Below, piece after piece: positions 18,734-29,664 of a DNA stretch of 64,000 nt. The stretch is from a bacterium (GTDB lineage Bacteria > Patescibacteriota > Minisyncoccia > Phycocordibacterales > UBA2100), in contig RFQR01000002.1 in the NCBI GenBank assembly GCA_009924895.1, forward strand, positions 65,368-129,367, read 5' to 3'. How positions within the stretch are numbered: position 1 is the stretch's first letter; every line of letters starts with the position of its first letter. The notes under the pieces are model-generated. The model saw nothing but the letters and a program-made list of their open reading frames with translations. It did not search any database and was not told the DNA's origin. The position numbers and the translations under genes are program-made.

Positions 18734-21352
18734 ATGTCACACGGAAAAAATTTTGATCAAGGAAAAATAATCGTAAAAGGTGCAAAGACTCACAATTTGA
18801 AAAACGTGAGCGTTGAAATGCCGCGTGGCAAGATGGTGGTATTTACTGGTCTTTCTGGCTCGGGCAAATCATCGCTCGCGTTCGATACAATTTTTGCAGA
18901 AGGTCAGCGTAAATACGTTGAATCTCTTTCGTCATACGCACGTCAATTTTTGCGCCAAATGCAAAAGCCCGAAGTCGAAGAAATCAGCGGTCTTTCGCCT
19001 GCAATTTCAATTGACCAGAAGTCACGTTCAAACAATCCACGTTCAACTGTAGCTACTATCACCGAAATTTATGATTACTTACGTGTTTTGTTTGCACGCA
19101 TTGGTCATCCGCACTGCCCTGAATGTGGAAGTGAAATCAAAAAACTTTCGAATGAAGAAATTTTAGAGACAGTCCTTAAAATTGTTGAAAAAGCTCGCGC
19201 GAGTAAAGGTGAAGGGAAACTCACGAGCGGCGTCTCACATGCCAAAATACGCATTGCCTCTCCCGTCGTAGTGGGTCGTAAAGGTGAGTACTACCAACTG
19301 CTCTATGATTTGTTAAACAAAGGATATGAAAAGGTAGTAGTAGATGGTGAAGAGAAGTCATTGCGCGAACGCGTTGAGCTCAAGAAAAATTTCAAACACA
19401 ATATCGATGTGATTGTTGATGACATTTTTGTCTCAGAGTTTAAAGATGACCCAAAGGGTGCTCGTGAGCGCGCGAGTGAAGCGATTGAGAAGGCGCTTGC
19501 TGAAAGTGACGGTCTTGTGCGCATCACCGATGCTGATGGTGTTGCTCACATTGTTTCTGCAAAGTTTATGTGCCCCAACGACGGTTTTTCTTTTCCTGAA
19601 GTTGAACCGCGCCTTTTCTCCTTCAACTCACCGTATGGTGCATGCCCAACCTGTAACGGTATCGGCACCACGTTTCTTTTCTCTGACGATCCATGTGAGG
19701 CATGTAAAGGCGCGCGCTTGCGTCCTGAAGCGCTCCATGTATTTTTGGGTGGCGGTCCTGGTAAAGGTAAAAACATTGTTGATTTGGTATCACTCTCCAT
19801 CACCGACGCCCAGCGTTTTTTCGACACCATAAAACTAACAAAAAAAGAAGAGGAGATTTCGCGCGCAATTGTGAAAGAAATTACCAGTCGCCTCAAATTT
19901 ATGCTTGATGTGGGTATTGAATATCTCACTCTCGACCGCAAAGCAAACACGCTCTCCGGTGGAGAAGCACAGCGCATTCGTCTTGCATCACAGCTGGGAA
20001 GTGGACTCGTGGGAGCGCTTTACGTGCTTGATGAGCCAACAATTGGTCTTCACCAGCGCGACAACGATAAATTGATTTCTACATTGAAACATCTGCGCGA
20101 GCTTGGTAACACGGTCTTAGTTGTTGAGCACGACGAAGATACCATCTATGCCGCTGATTACATTATTGATATTGGACCCGGCGCAGGAGTCCATGGCGGT
20201 AATGTTGTTGTCTCTGGATGGCTCGAAGATTTGTTAACTGCCAAGAAAAACACGAGTGGCTCTCGGACGCTTGCCTATTTGCGTGACGAAGCGCGTATTG
20301 AAGTTCCTGATACGCGTCGCACGGCAGACCGTGGCAAGATAAAAATCCGCGGCGCTAACAAGCACAACCTCAAAAACGTAAACGTAGATATTCCGCTCGC
20401 AAAACTCGTCTGTGTGACTGGTGTCTCAGGCTCAGGTAAATCAACGTTCCTTTACGACATCGTGCATCGCAACTTGCAGGCACGATTTGATCCACGCTTC
20501 CGTTCCGCAAAAACATATAATGCAAAAGAGTTTTCAGGCACTGAGTATCTTGGTCGCACTATTCTTATTGACCAGTCAGCAATCGGGCGTACTCCACGCT
20601 CAAACCCTGCTACCTACACCGGTGCATGGACTCACATTCGCGATCTCTTCGCAATGAGTGAAGAAGCAAAAGCGCGTGGTTGGGGCCCGGGTAGGTTTAG
20701 TTTCAATGTGAAAGGTGGCAGGTGTGAATCATGTGAAGGAAACGGACTCATTGCGGTGGAAATGCACTTTCTGCCGACAGTCTATGTCACCTGCGATGTC
20801 TGTAACGGCAAACGCTTTATGAAAGAAACACTCGATGTTAAGTACAAAAAAAAGAGTATTCATGATGTGCTCTCTATGACGGTCGAAGAAGCGCTTGGGT
20901 TTTATGACGATATTCCTGCTGTTTCTGACCGTATGAAAGCACTCCAAGATGTGGGGCTTGGATATCTAACTCTCGGGCAGAGTGCAACAACACTCTCCGG
21001 TGGGGAAGCACAGCGTGTGAAAGTGGCATCAGAATTGTATCGTCCCTTGCAAAGTAAAACGGTGTATCTTCTTGATGAACCAACGGTTGGGCTTCACTAT
21101 GACGATGTCAAAAAGCTTATAGACATTTTGCAGAGACTGGTTGATCGAGGAAATACGGTCGTCGTTATCGAGCACAATCTCGATGTCTTGAAGTGCGCTG
21201 ACTACATTATCGACATGGGTCCTGAGGGAGGTAGTGGGGGCGGGTCAGTAATTGCGAAAGGTACACCAGAAGAAGTTTCGGTGACTGACGGTTCGCACAC
21301 GGGGTACTATCTTAAACGAATTCTCAAAAAGAAACGGCAACACATTAGTTGA
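18734..21352 (+). CDS. uvrA: Excinuclease ABC subunit A
   Basis: Two ABC ATPase modules ([12 protein letters not shown]; [10 protein letters not shown]) and zinc-finger Cys clusters. Confidence 0.95.
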   Translation: MSHGKNFDQGKIIVKGAKTHNLKNVSVEMPRGKMVVFTGLSGSGKSSLAFDTIFAEGQRKYVESLSSYARQFLRQMQKPEVEEISGLSPAISIDQKSRSNNPRSTVATITEIYDYLRVLFARIGHPHCPECGSEIKKLSNEEILETVLKIVEKARASKGEGKLTSGVSHAKIRIASPVVVGRKGEYYQLLYDLLNKGYEKVVVDGEEKSLRERVELKKNFKHNIDVIVDDIFVSEFKDDPKGARERASEAIEKALAESDGLVRITDADGVAHIVSAKFMCPNDGFSFPEVEPRLFSFNSPYGACPTCNGIGTTFLFSDDPCEACKGARLRPEALHVFLGGGPGKGKNIVDLVSLSITDAQRFFDTIKLTKKEEEISRAIVKEITSRLKFMLDVGIEYLTLDRKANTLSGGEAQRIRLASQLGSGLVGALYVLDEPTIGLHQRDNDKLISTLKHLRELGNTVLVVEHDEDTIYAADYIIDIGPGAGVHGGNVVVSGWLEDLLTAKKNTSGSRTLAYLRDEARIEVPDTRRTADRGKIKIRGANKHNLKNVNVDIPLAKLVCVTGVSGSGKSTFLYDIVHRNLQARFDPRFRSAKTYNAKEFSGTEYLGRTILIDQSAIGRTPRSNPATYTGAWTHIRDLFAMSEEAKARGWGPGRFSFNVKGGRCESCEGNGLIAVEMHFLPTVYVTCDVCNGKRFMKETLDVKYKKKSIHDVLSMTVEEALGFYDDIPAVSDRMKALQDVGLGYLTLGQSATTLSGGEAQRVKVASELYRPLQSKTVYLLDEPTVGLHYDDVKKLIDILQRLVDRGNTVVVIEHNLDVLKCADYIIDMGPEGGSGGGSVIAKGTPEEVSVTDGSHTGYYLKRILKKKRQHIS

Positions 21353-21443
21353 CATTATTTGTAAAAATTTTGTAAATTTGTTTACGGCAATTCCAAAAGG
21401 ACGCCGTACAGCAGTAGCAACAGCAGCAGAAGGAATACCAAAA

Positions 21444-21716
21444 ATGGACCCGCTTTTCGACAAGCCAACCGCGGCAATCGAAATACACAAGTGGGGCATT
21501 GCGCCCAGCGAAGAGGTTGTGGAGCTCGTAGCGTGCTTTCACCGCATGACCTACAAGTTCACCAATCCCACAACAGAAACGGGCGAAGAGCGCGTAAAGC
21601 GCTTGCTGCGTGAACCGCAGTATCGCATCCTCTGGACCGGTCTCGCGGTGGACTATCGCTATGGCTCGCAGGTTCATGACTGCATGACCGTGCTAGTCAA
21701 AATTAAGAAGTCCTAG
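21444..21716 (+). CDS. Hypothetical protein
   Basis: ORF with an AAGGAA ribosome-binding site. Preceded by three ttgtaaa-like direct repeats. Confidence 0.3.
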   Translation: MDPLFDKPTAAIEIHKWGIAPSEEVVELVACFHRMTYKFTNPTTETGEERVKRLLREPQYRILWTGLAVDYRYGSQVHDCMTVLVKIKKS

Positions 21717-21724
21717 TGGTTTCG

Positions 21725-21760
21725 ACCGCCCCATGCCAACCGGGGCGGTTACCTTTTTGT
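21725..21760. terminator. Bidirectional terminator (accgcccc ...9 nt... ggggcggt + T-run)
   Basis: 8-bp GC stem between convergent genes. Confidence 0.5.
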
Positions 21761-24700
21761 ACTTTGAAGTGCAGTCACAAACGCCTCTGCTAGCTGGCGG
21801 TTGGTGATGAGAGGGATGTTCATGTCAACCGCTTTACGGCGGATGATAAATCCGTCGCGGATGTGATCGGTATAAATGTGAGTGGGAATATTAATAATCA
21901 AATCAAGCTCTCCTGATTCGATAAGTGTTCCTACATCAAGTTCTTTTTTCTTTCGCTTGCCCTCAACAGAAGAAATTTTAAGAACTCGTTTGTTTGGAAT
22001 CTTCTGCGCTTTTAGAAAGTCTGCGGTGTGTTCGGTAGCAAAGAGGGTAAAGCCCATTTCGTGAAGTGAACGTACGCTCTCGAGTAGTTTTACTTTATTC
22101 TCTTCTCTGCCAAGAGAGACAAGAATATTTTTCTTGGGGAGGCGGAATCCTGACGCTTTCATAGAGAGGATGAGTGCCTCGTGCAAGTTGCCGCCAAAGC
22201 AGGCTACTTCACCCGTTGATGACATTTCTACGCGTCCAATAGGGTCAGCACCTTTGATACGGCTAAAGGAGAATTGCGGCGATTTTACGGCAACGTGATC
22301 AAGGTCGACGGTTTGATATTCGCCTGAAATATCTTCACCAAGCATTGCACGTGCAGCGAGTTCAATGAAATTGTAGCCAGTTACTTTTGAGACAAACGGG
22401 AAACTACGTGATGCGCGGACATTACACTCAATTACCTTAATATGGTTGTCCTTGGCGAGAAACTGCGCGTTGAATGGTCCCGTGATGTTGAGTGCCTGTA
22501 TCAGCTTTTTTGTAATTTCTTTTGCACGACGGACAGTTTCAAGATAGGTGCGCTGTGGTGGGAGTACAACCGTAGCATCGCCACTATGGGTGCCAGCGTT
22601 TTCCACGTGTTCTGAAATGGCGTAAATTTTGAGCTTGCCGCTCTGTGCCACGCCATCGATTTCAATTTCGCGCGCATTTTCAATAAACTGTGAAATGACG
22701 ACAGGGTGCTCACGCGAAATGTCTTTTGCTTTTTTGAGAAAAGCCACGAGTGAATGCTCGTCGTGTGCAACGGTCATTGCAGCACCTGAAAGCACGTATG
22801 AAGGGCGGACGATAACAGGGTAGCCAATAGCAGCTGCTTTTTTGAGTGCCGCTTTTGTGGACGAAAACTCACCCCATGTTGGCTGATCAATGTCGAGCGT
22901 ATCACAGAGATTTGAGAAGATGTGACGGTCCTCAGCGCGGTCAATGTCGATGGGTGAGGTTCCCATGATCTGAACCCCTTTTTTATACAGGGGGAGTGCG
23001 AGATTGTTTGCTATTTGCCCGCCGGTAGAAATAAAGACACCAGCAGGCTTTTCAAAATCGATAATATCAAGAATGCGCTCGCGCGTAAGTTCTTCAAAAT
23101 AAAGTCGATCTGATTCGTCGTAATCAGTTGAGACGGTTTCAGGATTTGAATTAACCATGATACTTCCCATTCCTTTTGCACGCAGCGTCTTGAGTACCTG
23201 CACACTCGACCAGTCAAATTCAACTGATGAGCCTATACAGTAGGGACCGCTGCCCAAAACTACGTAATGCTTCTTACTGGCTACAACATCATCTTCGATG
23301 CCGTGGTAGGTGCAGTAGAGATAGTTTGTTTGTGCGGGGAATTCCGCTGCGAGTGTGTCGATTTGTTTTATGGATGGGCGAATGTTGTATTTGAGGCGAA
23401 GCGAACGAATGTCGTCTTCGGTGCGCCCCGACATAAGTGCGAGTTGTGCATCACTAAAGCCTATCTTCTTTGCTTCTCGGATTTCTTCAGAGTCCGGCGT
23501 ACGGTTTGTTAACTTCTTTTCAAGGGTAATGATGTTGTGCATTTTCGAAAGAAAGAATCGATCAATGCGAGACCATTGGTGAATGGTCTCGACTGAAATG
23601 CCGTCACGGAGCGCCTCAGCAATCGCGAAAATGCGCTCAGTCGTGGGTTCTTTGATGAGTTTTTCATAGTCGCGAACGGTAAATTTTTCTTTGTTACTTT
23701 GTGCGGTGAATCCGGTTGCACCAATATTGAGCGAGCGAATCGCTTTTTGAAGCACTTCTTCAAATGAGCGACCGATTGCCATCACCTCACCGACACTTTT
23801 CATCTCAGTACCGATGCGCTTGTGAGCGCTATCAAATTTCTGCAAATCCCAGCGCGGGAATTTCAGCACGAGATAGTCGAGCGCTGGTTCAAAGCAGGCG
23901 GTGGTCGTTTTGGTTACCGCATTTTTGAGTTCGGTTAAGGTGTAGCCGAGCGAAAGTTTCGCCGCGACGTAGGCGAGTGGATAGCCAGTTGCTTTTGAAG
24001 CAAGAGCGGATGAACGTGAAAGCCGAGCGTTCACTTCAATGACACGATATTCAGGCTTATCAGGATTGAGCGCATATTGAATGTTACATTCGCCGACAAT
24101 ACCAAGGTGGCGAATGGTTTTGGTCGCAACGGTGCGGAGCATGTGGTATTCGTGGTTGTTGAGTGTCTGTGATGGGGCAACGACGATTGATTCACCGGTG
24201 TGGATGCCCATGGGGTCAATGTTTTCCATGTTGCACACTGTGATGCAGTTGTCGGCGCAATCGCGTACGACTTCATATTCCACTTCCTTCCATCCACCCA
24301 AATATTCTTCGACAAGAATTTGTGGGACTGATTTAAATACTTCGGTTGTTTTTTGTTTCATCTCGGCAGCATTTGCAACACGGCCTGAGCCTTCACCGCC
24401 AAGTGCAAAGCCTGAGCGAATCATAACGGGGTAACCAATTTTCTCTGCGGCAGAAAGCGCCTCGGCAACTGACTTCGTCGCAATGCTTTGCGCCGTATCC
24501 ACCTTAATCTGTTTGAGGCGTTGCACAAAGAGTTTTCGATCTTCGGTATCGCGAATCGCTTTTGTCGGAGTACCTAACACACGTACTCCGTATTTTTTAA
24601 GCACCCCCTTTTTCTCGAGCGCGAGTCCCAAATTCAGCGCAGTTTGTCCTCCAAAAGAGAGCGCGATTGCGTCTGGTTTTTCTTTTTGTATAACTTCAGT

Positions 24701-24955
24701 TGCGTGTTCAATCGTGAGGGGGAGGTAGTACACTTCGTCGGCGAGAGAACGATCCTTATGCTGCGTTCCTTGAAATGCAATGTCAGTTTGGACTGTTGCA
24801 ATGTTTGGATTTAACAATACGACGCGGATACCTTCCTCTTTATATGCTTTTATTGCTTGCGAACCCGAATAATCGAACTCGCCAGCTTGTCCAATGCGTA
24901 AGCCTCCGGAGCCGAGAAGGAGAATGCATTTGGGTTTTGAAAGAGTGACAGCCAT
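21749..24955 (-). CDS. carB: Carbamoyl-phosphate synthase large subunit
   Basis: Duplicated ATP-grasp halves and an MGS-like C-terminus. Full length at 1068 aa. Confidence 0.95.
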   Translation of the reverse strand: MAVTLSKPKCILLLGSGGLRIGQAGEFDYSGSQAIKAYKEEGIRVVLLNPNIATVQTDIAFQGTQHKDRSLADEVYYLPLTIEHATEVIQKEKPDAIALSFGGQTALNLGLALEKKGVLKKYGVRVLGTPTKAIRDTEDRKLFVQRLKQIKVDTAQSIATKSVAEALSAAEKIGYPVMIRSGFALGGEGSGRVANAAEMKQKTTEVFKSVPQILVEEYLGGWKEVEYEVVRDCADNCITVCNMENIDPMGIHTGESIVVAPSQTLNNHEYHMLRTVATKTIRHLGIVGECNIQYALNPDKPEYRVIEVNARLSRSSALASKATGYPLAYVAAKLSLGYTLTELKNAVTKTTTACFEPALDYLVLKFPRWDLQKFDSAHKRIGTEMKSVGEVMAIGRSFEEVLQKAIRSLNIGATGFTAQSNKEKFTVRDYEKLIKEPTTERIFAIAEALRDGISVETIHQWSRIDRFFLSKMHNIITLEKKLTNRTPDSEEIREAKKIGFSDAQLALMSGRTEDDIRSLRLKYNIRPSIKQIDTLAAEFPAQTNYLYCTYHGIEDDVVASKKHYVVLGSGPYCIGSSVEFDWSSVQVLKTLRAKGMGSIMVNSNPETVSTDYDESDRLYFEELTRERILDIIDFEKPAGVFISTGGQIANNLALPLYKKGVQIMGTSPIDIDRAEDRHIFSNLCDTLDIDQPTWGEFSSTKAALKKAAAIGYPVIVRPSYVLSGAAMTVAHDEHSLVAFLKKAKDISREHPVVISQFIENAREIEIDGVAQSGKLKIYAISEHVENAGTHSGDATVVLPPQRTYLETVRRAKEITKKLIQALNITGPFNAQFLAKDNHIKVIECNVRASRSFPFVSKVTGYNFIELAARAMLGEDISGEYQTVDLDHVAVKSPQFSFSRIKGADPIGRVEMSSTGEVACFGGNLHEALILSMKASGFRLPKKNILVSLGREENKVKLLESVRSLHEMGFTLFATEHTADFLKAQKIPNKRVLKISSVEGKRKKKELDVGTLIESGELDLIINIPTHIYTDHIRDGFIIRRKAVDMNIPLITNRQLAEAFVTALQSTKR

Positions 24956-24956
24956 A

Positions 24957-25994
24957 TTATTTTTGGAGTGATGCTAAAAATTCATCAAATATCCATGCAG
25001 TGTCGGTAGGACCTGGTGCTGCTTCAGGATGAAATTGCACGGAACGCCACGGTGCATCGGTGTGTTTAATACCTTCAACTGAGTTGTCATTCGCGTTGGT
25101 AAACCACACCTTCCAGTCCTCAGGTAGAGAGTCTGACTTCACTGCAAAACCATGGTTTTGTGAGGTGATATAGCATCGACCTGTTTCAGTATCGATGCAC
25201 GGCTGATTTTGACCACGATGACCGTAAGAGAGTTTGTAGGTCGCGCCGCCTGCAGCAAGTGCGAGAAGCTGATTACCGAGACAAATTCCTAATATCGGTT
25301 TGTTTTGCTTCATTGCGTTCTTGATTGAGTGAACTGTTTTTGAACATTGCGTGGGGTCACCAGGACCATTCGAAATAAAAAGAGCGTCGTACTGTTCGTT
25401 GGCAATATCGTAATTCCACGGAACGCGCTTGAGTGTGACGTTGGGGCGAGTGAGCGAGCGCACGATGTTTTCTTTCATACCGCAGTCAATTGCAATGATG
25501 CAGATAGGCCCGTCACCGTGAATCGTTACTTCAGATGGAGAGACATCGGCTACCAAATTGCGTGTGTTTGGGTCGTCAAAGACAATAGGCTTCTCTGATG
25601 AGGATATCGCTCCAAGAATGGCTCCGTGCTCGCGCAGTTTTTTTGTAAGCGCTCTCGTGTCGATTCCTGCAAGAAGCGGTACACCTTCTTTTTTGAGCCA
25701 GCTATCGATTGACTGATGCGCGTCAGAGTGAGAATAGGAAAGTGCGAGTTCAGAAACGATGACACCTTTCAGGTGAATTTTCTTTGACTCAAAGAATGAT
25801 GAATCAGGAACGCCGTAATTGCCAATCAGGGGATACGTGCAGACCAAAATCTGCCCCGCAAATGACGGGTCAGTAAATGTTTCAACATACCCTGTCATCC
25901 CAGTAGAAAAGACGACCTCACCTGAGGTCGAATTGGAAGAACCATATTGAACGCCTTTTAATTTTGTTTTGTCGGCGAGATGTAGATAGGACAT
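24957..25994 (-). CDS. carA: Carbamoyl-phosphate synthase small subunit (glutamine amidotransferase)
   Basis: CarA N-domain (GEVVFSTGMTGYVETFTDPSF) and a class I GATase Cys-His region. Start chosen at MSYLHLADK. Confidence 0.9.
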   Translation of the reverse strand: MSYLHLADKTKLKGVQYGSSNSTSGEVVFSTGMTGYVETFTDPSFAGQILVCTYPLIGNYGVPDSSFFESKKIHLKGVIVSELALSYSHSDAHQSIDSWLKKEGVPLLAGIDTRALTKKLREHGAILGAISSSEKPIVFDDPNTRNLVADVSPSEVTIHGDGPICIIAIDCGMKENIVRSLTRPNVTLKRVPWNYDIANEQYDALFISNGPGDPTQCSKTVHSIKNAMKQNKPILGICLGNQLLALAAGGATYKLSYGHRGQNQPCIDTETGRCYITSQNHGFAVKSDSLPEDWKVWFTNANDNSVEGIKHTDAPWRSVQFHPEAAPGPTDTAWIFDEFLASLQK

Positions 25995-26040
25995 TAAAAT
26001 TAGAGTGTACACGGTGTTCCAAAATGTGTAAAGTAAACCC

Positions 26041-27258
26041 ATGACCCGAGAGGAGCTCAAGCAATTTGATTTGCCGGATACGCCCGGTGTGTATTTTTTT
26101 ATGCAGGGCACAACCATCCTCTACATTGGGAAGGCGACATCGTTGCGTGACCGTATCCGCAGTTACTTCTCAAAAGACCTTATGGAGTCTCGTTCGCCCG
26201 CAATTGCGGCCATGATTGAACGTGCACAGCGCGTTGAGTGGCAAACCACTGATTCGGTTCTTGAGGCGCTTATCGTTGAGGCAAATCTGATTAAAAAACA
26301 TCAACCGCAGTACAACACTGACGAGAAAGATAACAAGAGTTTTAATTATCTAATTATTACCAAAGAAGCATTTCCGCGTGTCTTAGTGGTTCGTGGAAGA
26401 GAATTGTTTGACCCATTGAATGCAGATAAATACATCACCAAGTATGTGTTTGGTCCTTTTCCGCAAGGAGGGGCGCTGAGAGAAGCATGTAAAATTGTTC
26501 GAAAAATTTTCCCTTTTCGTGATACCTGTACTCCCGAAAGTGGAAAGCCTTGTTTTAATGCACAAATAGGCCTCTGCCCCGGCGTCTGTGCGGGCACCGT
26601 TTCCAAAACAGAGTATGCACATCTTCTTCAAAATGTTGTTGATCTGTTCAACGGAAATTTCCATGGGCTCAAGCGTCGATTGGCAAAAGAAATGCAAGAG
26701 GCTGCAGCGAGTGAAGAATTTGAAAAAGCTACCGTACTGCGTCGGCAGATTTCAGCACTTGATCACATTCGCGACGTCTCGCTTATAAAAGACGAGTCAC
26801 GTGTTTCTTCCGGAGGTCATGTACGTATTGAAGCGTATGACGTGGCGCACACGGCGGGTAACGAAACAGTAGGCGTTATGGTGGTGGTGCAAGACGGTGA
26901 AGCCGCGAAGCAGGAATATAGAAAATTTAAGATAAAAACAGTTAAAAACGATGATCCGGGGGCGCTCACTGAAATGTTGTCACGCCGATTAGGACATCCA
27001 GAATGGCAGTATCCTCGCGTTATTGCGGTTGACGGGTCTACAGCGCAAATTCGTGCGGCGCAAAAGGTTCTCAAGCAAACAGGTATCGAAATACCAATTA
27101 TTGGTGTTGTGAAAGATGATCGTCACAAGCCAATCCGTCTTGTTGGAGAGGATCGCGTTATTGCAGCGCACCAAAAAGAGATAGTACTTGCAAATAGCGA
27201 AGCCCACCGCTATGCAATCGAGTGGCATCGCAAGCGTCTTCGAAAGGGGATGATATAA
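26041..27258 (+). CDS. uvrC: Excinuclease ABC subunit C, short form (GIY-YIG + UVR + RNase H-like endonuclease domain, no C-terminal (HhH)2)
   Basis: GIY-YIG motif (GVYFFM...ILYIGKATSLRDRIRSYF) and a UvrB-interacting motif (FEKATVLRRQISALDHI). Confidence 0.8.
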   Translation: MTREELKQFDLPDTPGVYFFMQGTTILYIGKATSLRDRIRSYFSKDLMESRSPAIAAMIERAQRVEWQTTDSVLEALIVEANLIKKHQPQYNTDEKDNKSFNYLIITKEAFPRVLVVRGRELFDPLNADKYITKYVFGPFPQGGALREACKIVRKIFPFRDTCTPESGKPCFNAQIGLCPGVCAGTVSKTEYAHLLQNVVDLFNGNFHGLKRRLAKEMQEAAASEEFEKATVLRRQISALDHIRDVSLIKDESRVSSGGHVRIEAYDVAHTAGNETVGVMVVVQDGEAAKQEYRKFKIKTVKNDDPGALTEMLSRRLGHPEWQYPRVIAVDGSTAQIRAAQKVLKQTGIEIPIIGVVKDDRHKPIRLVGEDRVIAAHQKEIVLANSEAHRYAIEWHRKRLRKGMI

Positions 27259-27265
27259 TTCTTTC

Positions 27266-28231
27266 ATGGCACGTACGACTGTTGGAGTCTTGCGCGGTGG
27301 GACCTCCGCCGAATTTCCACTTTCCTTAAAATCAGGGGCGCATGTTATCTCTGCTCTTTCGCCAGAAAAATATGATGTGCGTGATATTTTGATTGATAAA
27401 GAAGGGGTGTGGCATGTGCGCGGCATGCCAGTTGATGGGGCGCGAGCGCTCGCGCAAGTCGATGTCGTGGTGAATGCGCTTCATGGCGGTGTCGGTGAAG
27501 ATGGAAGTGTTCAGCGATTTTTAGAGCGTAGTGGTGTGCCGTATGTCGGATCTCGGCCTCATGCGGCGCAGCAATCCCTAAACAAAATCGTGGCCCGAGA
27601 AATTTTGCAAAGCGCAGGGCTGCGCACGCCTCTAGGGCAGGGTTTTAACCTCAACGACGAACATACGACACGAGAAATGGCGCGGCAGATGTTTGAAAAA
27701 ATCGGTCCTCCCTACATTGTAAAACCAGCGCTCGGTGGCGGTTCACATGGTGTGCGCTACGTATCGACTGCGATAGAACTCCCCGATGCGATTGGCGACA
27801 CACTTGATGAATATGGCTCGGTTGTGGTCGAAGAATTTGTCAGTGGTGAGGAGCTTGCGGTAGGTGTTGTAGAAGGATACCGAAACGAAGACGTGTATGT
27901 CCTGCCGCCTGCACTTGTGAAGTATCCCGATGATGCATTTCATCTTTCGCACCATCACTACGGCGATGGGTTGCGTCATATCGTTCCGAGTCCTCTTTCT
28001 GACGAGTTGAAGGTGCAGCTTTCTGAATTGGCACGCACCGCGCATCGCGCTCTTGAACTTTCTGACTTTTCCCGCGCTGATTTTATTCTGACGAGACGGG
28101 GACCAGTCATTCTCGAAGTTGATGCATCGCCCCATATATACGAAGGATCGGGTTTTCATCATATGCTTGAGTCAGTTGGTTCTTCGCTCTCGCATCTCTT
28201 AGAGCATATGATTGGGCGGGCGCGTTCGTAG
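27266..28231 (+). CDS. ddl: D-alanine--D-alanine ligase
   Basis: Ddl N-terminus (VGVLRGGTSAEFPLSLKSG) and ATP-grasp fold. Confidence 0.9.
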   Translation: MARTTVGVLRGGTSAEFPLSLKSGAHVISALSPEKYDVRDILIDKEGVWHVRGMPVDGARALAQVDVVVNALHGGVGEDGSVQRFLERSGVPYVGSRPHAAQQSLNKIVAREILQSAGLRTPLGQGFNLNDEHTTREMARQMFEKIGPPYIVKPALGGGSHGVRYVSTAIELPDAIGDTLDEYGSVVVEEFVSGEELAVGVVEGYRNEDVYVLPPALVKYPDDAFHLSHHHYGDGLRHIVPSPLSDELKVQLSELARTAHRALELSDFSRADFILTRRGPVILEVDASPHIYEGSGFHHMLESVGSSLSHLLEHMIGRARS

Positions 28232-28246
28232 CGTATACTGAGCACC

Positions 28247-29497
28247 ATGCTTTTTCTTTCAAAGTGCCCTGAGTGCGGTGAGTCTCGTGTGCCGCATCCG
28301 ATAGCCAAGTGGTCCGACAAAATCGGTGCTGCTATAGAGCGGTTTCCGCTGTTACGATGGGTTGATTCGTATACCGATACAATTGGCTCACGAATTCGAG
28401 TACGACCAGAATGGCACAGACGTGGAAAGCGTATATGTGAAGCGTTGGTGCGTCTCGGTGTTATGCGCAAGTATACAGCAGCGAGGGAGAATGAAAGCAC
28501 TCGAACGATAGCACTCTATGAAGGCGCTGCGGCGACCAATGTTACCCTTTCTCAGTATTGTATTGGTGAAGTCACGGTATGCTTCTCGGCAGAAAAAAAC
28601 GATGGCACGGGCAGGCATATTCTGTTCTCCGTTATTCCGCGCCCACTTGGCTATCCCGGCGAAGTAATAAAGTGGCTCGACGATAAATCAATCTTAAAAC
28701 AGAAGCTTCGTGCGGCGAAACTACCACATGCCTCGGGTGGCTCTGCCCGCACGTTTGATGAGGCACGTACGATTTTTCAGGCACAAGGACAGCGAGTTGT
28801 GGTCAAGCCCCATCGCGGAAGTCGAGGCAGGCACACTACGCTTGATATTCGTTCTGAAGATGAGTTACGCGCCGCATGTGCTATCGCACTTCAAGTTACC
28901 GACGAAGTCGTTGTTGAGCGATACTTCAAGGGAACGGTGCATCGCGTTACGTTAATTGGAGGAAAGCCTGTTGCAGTTGCACGTTGTGAATATCCTCATG
29001 TAATCGGCGATGGAGTACATACTGTTTCTGAACTTATCACTCTTGAAAATAAAAAGCCGTATCGTGATGGGCGTTTTTTCAAGCCTCTTGATCCTGAATA
29101 CCGTGTCGATATGTCGCTCAAAAAGCAGTCACTCACACGACTATCGGTGCCTGCGTGTGGTCAAAAAGTGATACTGAGTGATAAAAACAGTCGACTCCAT
29201 GGAACACTTACCGAAGATGTAACTCAGCAAACCCATCCCGAAACCATGCAGTTGTTTGCAGCGCTCGGTGAGGTCCTTGGCGACTCGGTAGTTGGTGTCG
29301 ATTTTATGTGTGCTGATATTACGCAGTCATGGAAGGAAGACTCTGATGCGGGTTTTCTCGAATGTAATTCCTTGCCGTTTATCGATGTGCATCACCGGGT
29401 TATCAGCGGAGACACCGTGAATGTGGCTGCATATTTATGGGACGTAGTCTTTCCGCCTCAAAACACTGATTCGTTGCCCGCGCGGTATCTCGTATGA
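28247..29497 (+). CDS. ATP-grasp ligase related to the N-terminal domain of cyanophycin synthetase (CphA-like/RimK-like)
   Basis: VVVKPHRGSRGRHTTL...VVVERYFKGTVHRVTLIGGKPVAVARCEYPHVIGDGVHTVSELI matches the CphA N-domain pattern. Confidence 0.65.
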   Translation: MLFLSKCPECGESRVPHPIAKWSDKIGAAIERFPLLRWVDSYTDTIGSRIRVRPEWHRRGKRICEALVRLGVMRKYTAARENESTRTIALYEGAAATNVTLSQYCIGEVTVCFSAEKNDGTGRHILFSVIPRPLGYPGEVIKWLDDKSILKQKLRAAKLPHASGGSARTFDEARTIFQAQGQRVVVKPHRGSRGRHTTLDIRSEDELRAACAIALQVTDEVVVERYFKGTVHRVTLIGGKPVAVARCEYPHVIGDGVHTVSELITLENKKPYRDGRFFKPLDPEYRVDMSLKKQSLTRLSVPACGQKVILSDKNSRLHGTLTEDVTQQTHPETMQLFAALGEVLGDSVVGVDFMCADITQSWKEDSDAGFLECNSLPFIDVHHRVISGDTVNVAAYLWDVVFPPQNTDSLPARYLV

Positions 29498-29664
29498 GCG
29501 GTACGTACTCGCTTGAAAAAATCAGTCATTTTCGCTGTGCTCACTGTAACCGATGGTGGAGTATTGCTGATGTTCCCACTACTCCGACAGAGCGGGAATG
29601 GTTTTGTCCGTGGTGTGGGGAGAAGCAGGCGGTTCGAGATAGTACGCCGCAACATCTCCTATGA
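29494..29664 (+). CDS. 56-aa Cys4 zinc-ribbon protein (CAHC...CPWC), translationally coupled to the ATP-grasp gene via an ATGA overlap
   Basis: MSGTYSLEKISHFRCAHCNRWWSIADVPTTPTEREWFCPWCGEKQAVRDSTPQHLL. Below the 60-aa cutoff of the ORF track. Confidence 0.4.
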   Translation: MSGTYSLEKISHFRCAHCNRWWSIADVPTTPTEREWFCPWCGEKQAVRDSTPQHLL

